From NCBI GenBank assembly GCA_026023565.1, contig JAPETS010000022.1, positions 248,001 to 312,000 of the forward strand: DNA of 64,000 nucleotides, given 5' to 3'. The translations under genes were made by a program, and so were the position numbers. The notes beneath the pieces are model-generated. The model saw only the letters and a list, made by a program, of their open reading frames with translations. It made no database searches and was not told the DNA's origin. Below are positions 59,319 to 64,000 of the stretch, in pieces; position 1 is the first letter of the stretch; each line of letters starts with the position of its first letter. The DNA comes from Cirrosporium novae-zelandiae. Lineage: Eukaryota.

Positions 59319-61009
59319 TCAATTTAAATCCCAGCACATATCCCAGTGTCCGCCGCGTTTAGCAAATCCCAAACTGGCGATCCATTTCCTGACCTCGCAT
59401 CGTCCCAGTTCGTCAGCCTCACATCCATTCAACGGCACGACCCGGTCATTAATCAATATCCTCACCAACTCTGATCCCGTTTCCAACCCTGTGCCTTCGT
59501 CACACCGCATCTTTTCAAAATATGCCCGACCCGCGAACGGGACGGCCCACGCGGCCGAGAAACCATCGCTATCGGTTGCGTCTGTGATGCTGGTGTTTGA
59601 TAGGGGCGAGGTGTTGTTGAAGAGGTTCAGGGCCGAGAAGATGGGAATCATGTCATTGTCGTGCGAGAAATCGGCATACAGGCGGACGTTGGGACCTAAA
59701 GGGAAGGTCGAGGGATCAGAGTCGAGAGTTTTGTTGACCGACGTGTGATCCTTGACCGGTCGGTCCGTCATTCTCGAGATAAGCTCGTTGACGAACCCGA
59801 CACCTTGGGTCGGTCCTAGGGGATTGCCACCTCCATATCCGTAATATTTTCCTAGAGATTGGTAGTAGTTGTATCCTTCCCATTCCGAGCCAGTGAACAA
59901 CGAACAAAACGGCGAGATGCTGCCCGAGGGAGAAGCGATGCTTGCGAATGGACAAAGATCCATGAGATAGATTGTTTGCTCGAGTGAGAGGTTAGCATTT
60001 GGGAGAGCGCGGTTTAGACGCGAGGTTATGGGGGGAGCAAAGGTTGAAAGAAAAGTTTGTTGGGCAACAGCACCAACGGTATTAATTTCGTGGTCCTCGA
60101 AAGCGGTACAGAGGCCATGACTGAGTGTATTGTTCTCCCCGTCCGTTTCTGGAATAACGAGGATGGGGTAGGGGTAGGCATCATCTTTGGAATATGGTGA
60201 GGACTGTTTAGCAGCATGATACCCTTGGGAAAATTTCAGAGCAGATTCGATAACACGGTTACTACCCCCCGCACGTATGAATGGGGTAAAATTCAAGGCA
60301 ATATCCTGGTAACGGCTGAAGAATTTGATGCCCGAATGAACCATTTGATTCTCCCCAAAGACGGTCAGCCGGTCAGCTCCCAGATTGTATTTATAGTTAG
60401 CGAGAAAAGCATATCTTCCAGAAAACCTATTGCGCTGGACGTTGGAGATAATCTGCTGGATTGTTTCATTGTAGAGTATGGTTTTGGTGCTGGTGGGATC
60501 TCGACCTCCATGACGGGAAAGGAGCTGAACAAAGGAAATTCGACAGCCGTCTGGGAGCTGGGTGGATATCTCCGAAGGCACAGCAAAGTAAGGAGAGTAT
60601 TGACCCCAAAGATGAGATGTTTCTGGTTGGCATTGATACCCATCGTCAATGGTGTCGCAAGCACTTGTATCCCCATGCTTGGAGAAAAGATTAGAAACCC
60701 TAGATGGGTCCTCGCATCAGTATCAGGTCGCATATTCCCTCAGGATTGTAGGGCAACATACCGAAAAAGTAAACCCAGAAAGATCAGCATCAAGCCCATC
60801 AGTGTCCAGGTCGAGCACACGCCTGAAGACACACCAGGCCTAGACGGATATCCATAGTCACCGACCTGGGAAATTGAAGAATCACGTCTCGCGGAAGGGG
60901 CAAACTCTAGAGTTCTGTCGCTTTGATCATTTTGGTCATTGTGGTCATGTTGAGTATTCTGGTTGTTCTGGTCTGAGACCAATAACGCTTGGCGTTCAGA
61001 AAAGCTCAT
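59319..61009 (-). CDS. Histidine acid phosphatase / 3-phytase (PhyA-like) with N-terminal type II membrane anchor
   Basis: Exons 61009-60762 and 60699-59319; intron 60700-60761. CDTIDDGYQC...HLWGQYSPYF, RHGGRDP, ADFSHDND, VRILINDRVVPL; TM segment WTLMGLMLIFLGLLF after about 65 residues. Confidence 0.92.
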
Positions 61010-62009
61010 GCCAGCTTCATCTCCTGCTGGAGTAGTTGCTTTTGGATAGTTATTAGACAATTAGACATTTGAAGCTGAAACTTAACGTTGAGCTTAGGCC
61101 TCACGTTGTACACCGCAGACACCACAGACGACAACCAATTGCGTAGTACACCGCTGGCTCATGCAAGGTCCTGGTCAAACCCAGCAGCTTCACTGTCAGT
61201 TGTTGAACAAGTTCAAAACAAAAAAAAGAAAACAACTGCGAAAACGACCACGTTCCTGCTTTTCACCACCGATATCAAAATCTCTGGTGGATCTTTGTTT
61301 TGGGCTTGCCGCCGGCCAACAGCAGATGGGAATTATTGGGTTAGTTTTGCCGATTATATGTTGCGTCGTTGGGTCAGGCACCAAATGTGCCTCTCTAGTT
61401 CATCATTAAAATTACAAAACCATGTCGCTTCTCTAAAAAATCATACCAGATCATCACATGAGAGAAACTTGCAGTTTCTAATTTAGTAATTAGGTCTAGA
61501 AATATTATCTATCCATGTCCGTCCAGGTCCCCCCCCCCCCCCCCCCCCCCGAGATGAATCCCCTTATTCTCTCCCTCCCGCTTGCAATAGCAAGACCGTG
61601 CAATCGAACAATCCATCCAGGACCGTCAAACGTATAGCAATGGTATATCACAACTAGAAATCCAAAATTTCCTGTAATAGCCAAACCTTTATATTCAGTA
61701 GCAGTTGGTCCCCAAAGCACCTGGTCCTGTTGAAAATCCCCAGGAAAACTTCTAGACCATACCCGGCATATCAACTCTTCCCCCTCCCATGAATATATAT
61801 ATAACAGGACAACTCTGAGCACTAGAACACACAAATTTCGTTCGCCTCCATACCGAAAAACTGCCATCCCTGGGTATCATGCAAAAGGGAAGCATTATAC
61901 GCCTGCTGAATCACCATGACAATTTTTAAATCCAGAAATAAAACACGAACCCGCTGAAATTCTAAAAACAAATTTTGGGACATATTTGAGCTAAGTACAG
62001 AATTATACA

Positions 62010-63599
62010 TTAGCGGGGAGGATGCCAGCTCCCCTCATGCCTCCCCGGCGTAAATGGATCCAGCAACGCTGGTCTCGGTCGACCCACTTCGGTTGTCAGA
62101 GCTGCTTGAGGAGGAGCCTGGCTTTCGGGATAAGGGCGTGGAAGTTGCGGTGGGCCATTGGGGGCCCCAAAAGGGGCTTGGATCGGTGGAGCCGTGGTGA
62201 TCGGGGGAGGCAAAGTATATCCAGACGGAAAATCACCTGTTCGTCGTCGAACATTTCTCCCACTCTGCCGGTCCTCGGTTTGCTGCCAATGTGCATCTGG
62301 CTGGGCTGAAGTTTGAGCTGGAAGTAACCTTCGTAAACGTGGAGACTGTGGTCGAGGTGGGATCGTGGGCGCTCCGGATACGCTGTAAAGTACTTGACGG
62401 AAATAGTTCCTTTCCTCCCTGTAGAATTCACGTTCTTCGGTCAATTCTCGAAGCTGCTGCTCGAGTTTGGCGATCGATTGAGATGCCTCCTTTTCCTTTT
62501 CCTTTCGACGCTGGCGAAACCTGGCCGAAGCTCCCGCATTCCTTCTCCGTTTTTCATCAGCAACCGAAGAAGCGGACTGGACGTCTACCGGAACCTGGAT
62601 GGGACCCTGACCCGCATCCAGGGTCATCAGTTGAATACCACTTTGATTTGGGGTCCCGCTGGTGTGGCCGTACTGATTTTCAGATTGATACGGCGCTTGT
62701 ACCGCCCCCGAGGAACCTGTAGAGTTGAATGTTGGTGGGAGAAATGAAGATTTATGATGGCCAGATGGCAGATTATGAGCGGTGGCGGGAGAAGTTTGAC
62801 TAAGCTGGCTATATGACGAGAAAGATGTGCTGGGGCTGGCACTTTGAGAATGGGGGGCTCGTACAGGCCCCCCGCTGATTCTGCGTCCAGCGGAACCTGG
62901 GTCTGAGATTGGAAATCCAAAGGAGGTTGTTGCCACCACGGTTGGAGGGGTACCGGATTGTGGGACGTCCTGATTCACCCGTGGTCCGGAAAGCACAGAG
63001 GAACCTCGATTCTGGAAACTCAAGAATGGAGATTTTTGAGCATCAATGGTTCCGGTAGGCGGATTCACCTTTGTCACACTGATTGAACGAGCTGGAGACC
63101 GTGGTGCGAGGATCCGCCGTGGTCCTTGTCCTTGCATTGGAGTGGATCCGGGGCCGTATTCCGTAGATGAAAGATATCCTATTCTTGGGGATGCGTTTGC
63201 TGATCGAGTGGTCTGAACGGCATGTTCGGGGTGATTTTGCGAATATGGAGCTGGAAATGGATGAGGTTGCGGGGAATTTAGGTGTGGTCGTGTCCGTGGA
63301 AGGGTAGAAATGCTTGGAATGGTAGGGGAAGAGGGATTCAGGATGCTGCGAACCCCCAGGGACCGTGATGGGGTATGTTCGGAGCCTCTGGCAAGGTCGC
63401 TCTCCCCCGGTCCTGGCTGCAGCCGATCACGTACAGGAGCCGTGTTTGAGATGATGGAATGTCGTGATGGCGGAAACGATTGAGGTGGGATGTTTGGCGA
63501 AAATTGAGCTGCTGAAGTAGACTCTCCCAGTTGCCTGGCTGCAGAGTTGTCATGAGGACTTCTCGACGGCGGACCTGGCGCATGGGGCCACTGCGACAT
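62010..63599 (-). CDS. bZIP transcription factor (Zip1/MetR-type basic region)
   Basis: ADEKRRRNAGASARFRQRRKEKE followed by a leucine zipper. First ATG at 63599; an acceptor (pyrimidine tract-CAG) near 63687 suggests an upstream exon. Confidence 0.88.
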   Translation of the reverse strand: MSQWPHAPGPPSRSPHDNSAARQLGESTSAAQFSPNIPPQSFPPSRHSIISNTAPVRDRLQPGPGESDLARGSEHTPSRSLGVRSILNPSSPTIPSISTLPRTRPHLNSPQPHPFPAPYSQNHPEHAVQTTRSANASPRIGYLSSTEYGPGSTPMQGQGPRRILAPRSPARSISVTKVNPPTGTIDAQKSPFLSFQNRGSSVLSGPRVNQDVPQSGTPPTVVATTSFGFPISDPGSAGRRISGGPVRAPHSQSASPSTSFSSYSQLSQTSPATAHNLPSGHHKSSFLPPTFNSTGSSGAVQAPYQSENQYGHTSGTPNQSGIQLMTLDAGQGPIQVPVDVQSASSVADEKRRRNAGASARFRQRRKEKEKEASQSIAKLEQQLRELTEEREFYREERNYFRQVLYSVSGAPTIPPRPQSPRLRRLLPAQTSAQPDAHWQQTEDRQSGRNVRRRTGDFPSGYTLPPPITTAPPIQAPFGAPNGPPQLPRPYPESQAPPQAALTTEVGRPRPALLDPFTPGRHEGSWHPPR

Positions 63600-64000
63600 G
63601 TGATCCTCGTCCTCTTCAGGATGATGTTGTGGAGGAGTACATTGACGTTTTCTTCCCCTCTCACTGCAGCTTCGGCCCTCCAAACGCTGCAGAGAGAGAG
63701 AAGAAGAAGTAGTTGAATCTAAAGAATAGCCAGCTAGACGGTCTTGGATTATTGATTGTGAATATGGACCAGGAAAAGGCGGAAAGGAGGAACGAATACT
63801 GAGGCTGGAAAGAGCCAGAGCGGCGAATAAGAGACAAATATTATAAGATGAATGAGGTCACGTTTTTATTTTTTTTTTTTTCCTTTGGGGGGGGGGGGGG
63901 GGGGGGGGGGGTTTATGGGGGTGGGATGATTCGTGGATATCAGTCTACTCAGCGGCAAGTAAAGTAGTCTGTGACAAAAAATATTGGGGGGATAAGGCTT

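Noticed and set aside
1..64000. Transposons, CRISPR arrays, rRNA, TPP riboswitch
   Set aside because: No transposase/RT motifs, terminal repeats, spacer arrays, rRNA sequence or TPP aptamer core were seen.

Overview
Gene-dense 64-kb segment of a filamentous ascomycete (Pezizomycotina) nuclear chromosome: short GT-AG introns with CTRAY branch points, compact divergent promoters and several microsatellite-rich spacers. About 24 protein genes can be reconstructed, including kinesin-5 BimC, a PHAF1/UPF0183 protein, an SDR, a Djp1/Caj1 J-protein, APC11, TUM1, DNA polymerase kappa, EMC2, AP-3 delta, RAMP4/SERP1, an amino-acid permease, an HSL-family esterase, a Tri3-like acyltransferase, mitochondrial IleRS, a phytase and a bZIP factor. 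There are two tRNA genes and a probable P450 relic. The standout signal is a tRNA-Asn(GTT) gene (51495-51631) with a normal anticodon-loop intron plus a 51-nt insertion in the D-arm that looks like a spliceosomal intron (GTGAGT...CTAAC...AG); removing it exactly restores the cloverleaf. Other leads: a probable Atg31 homolog, a 240-aa ORF overlapping APC11, an Nmd4-like PIN protein, a ubiquitin-like-domain protein ending in CaaX, a structured EMC2 intron and a membrane-anchored phytase with a dileucine signal. All family assignments come from motif recognition by eye; no searches were run.
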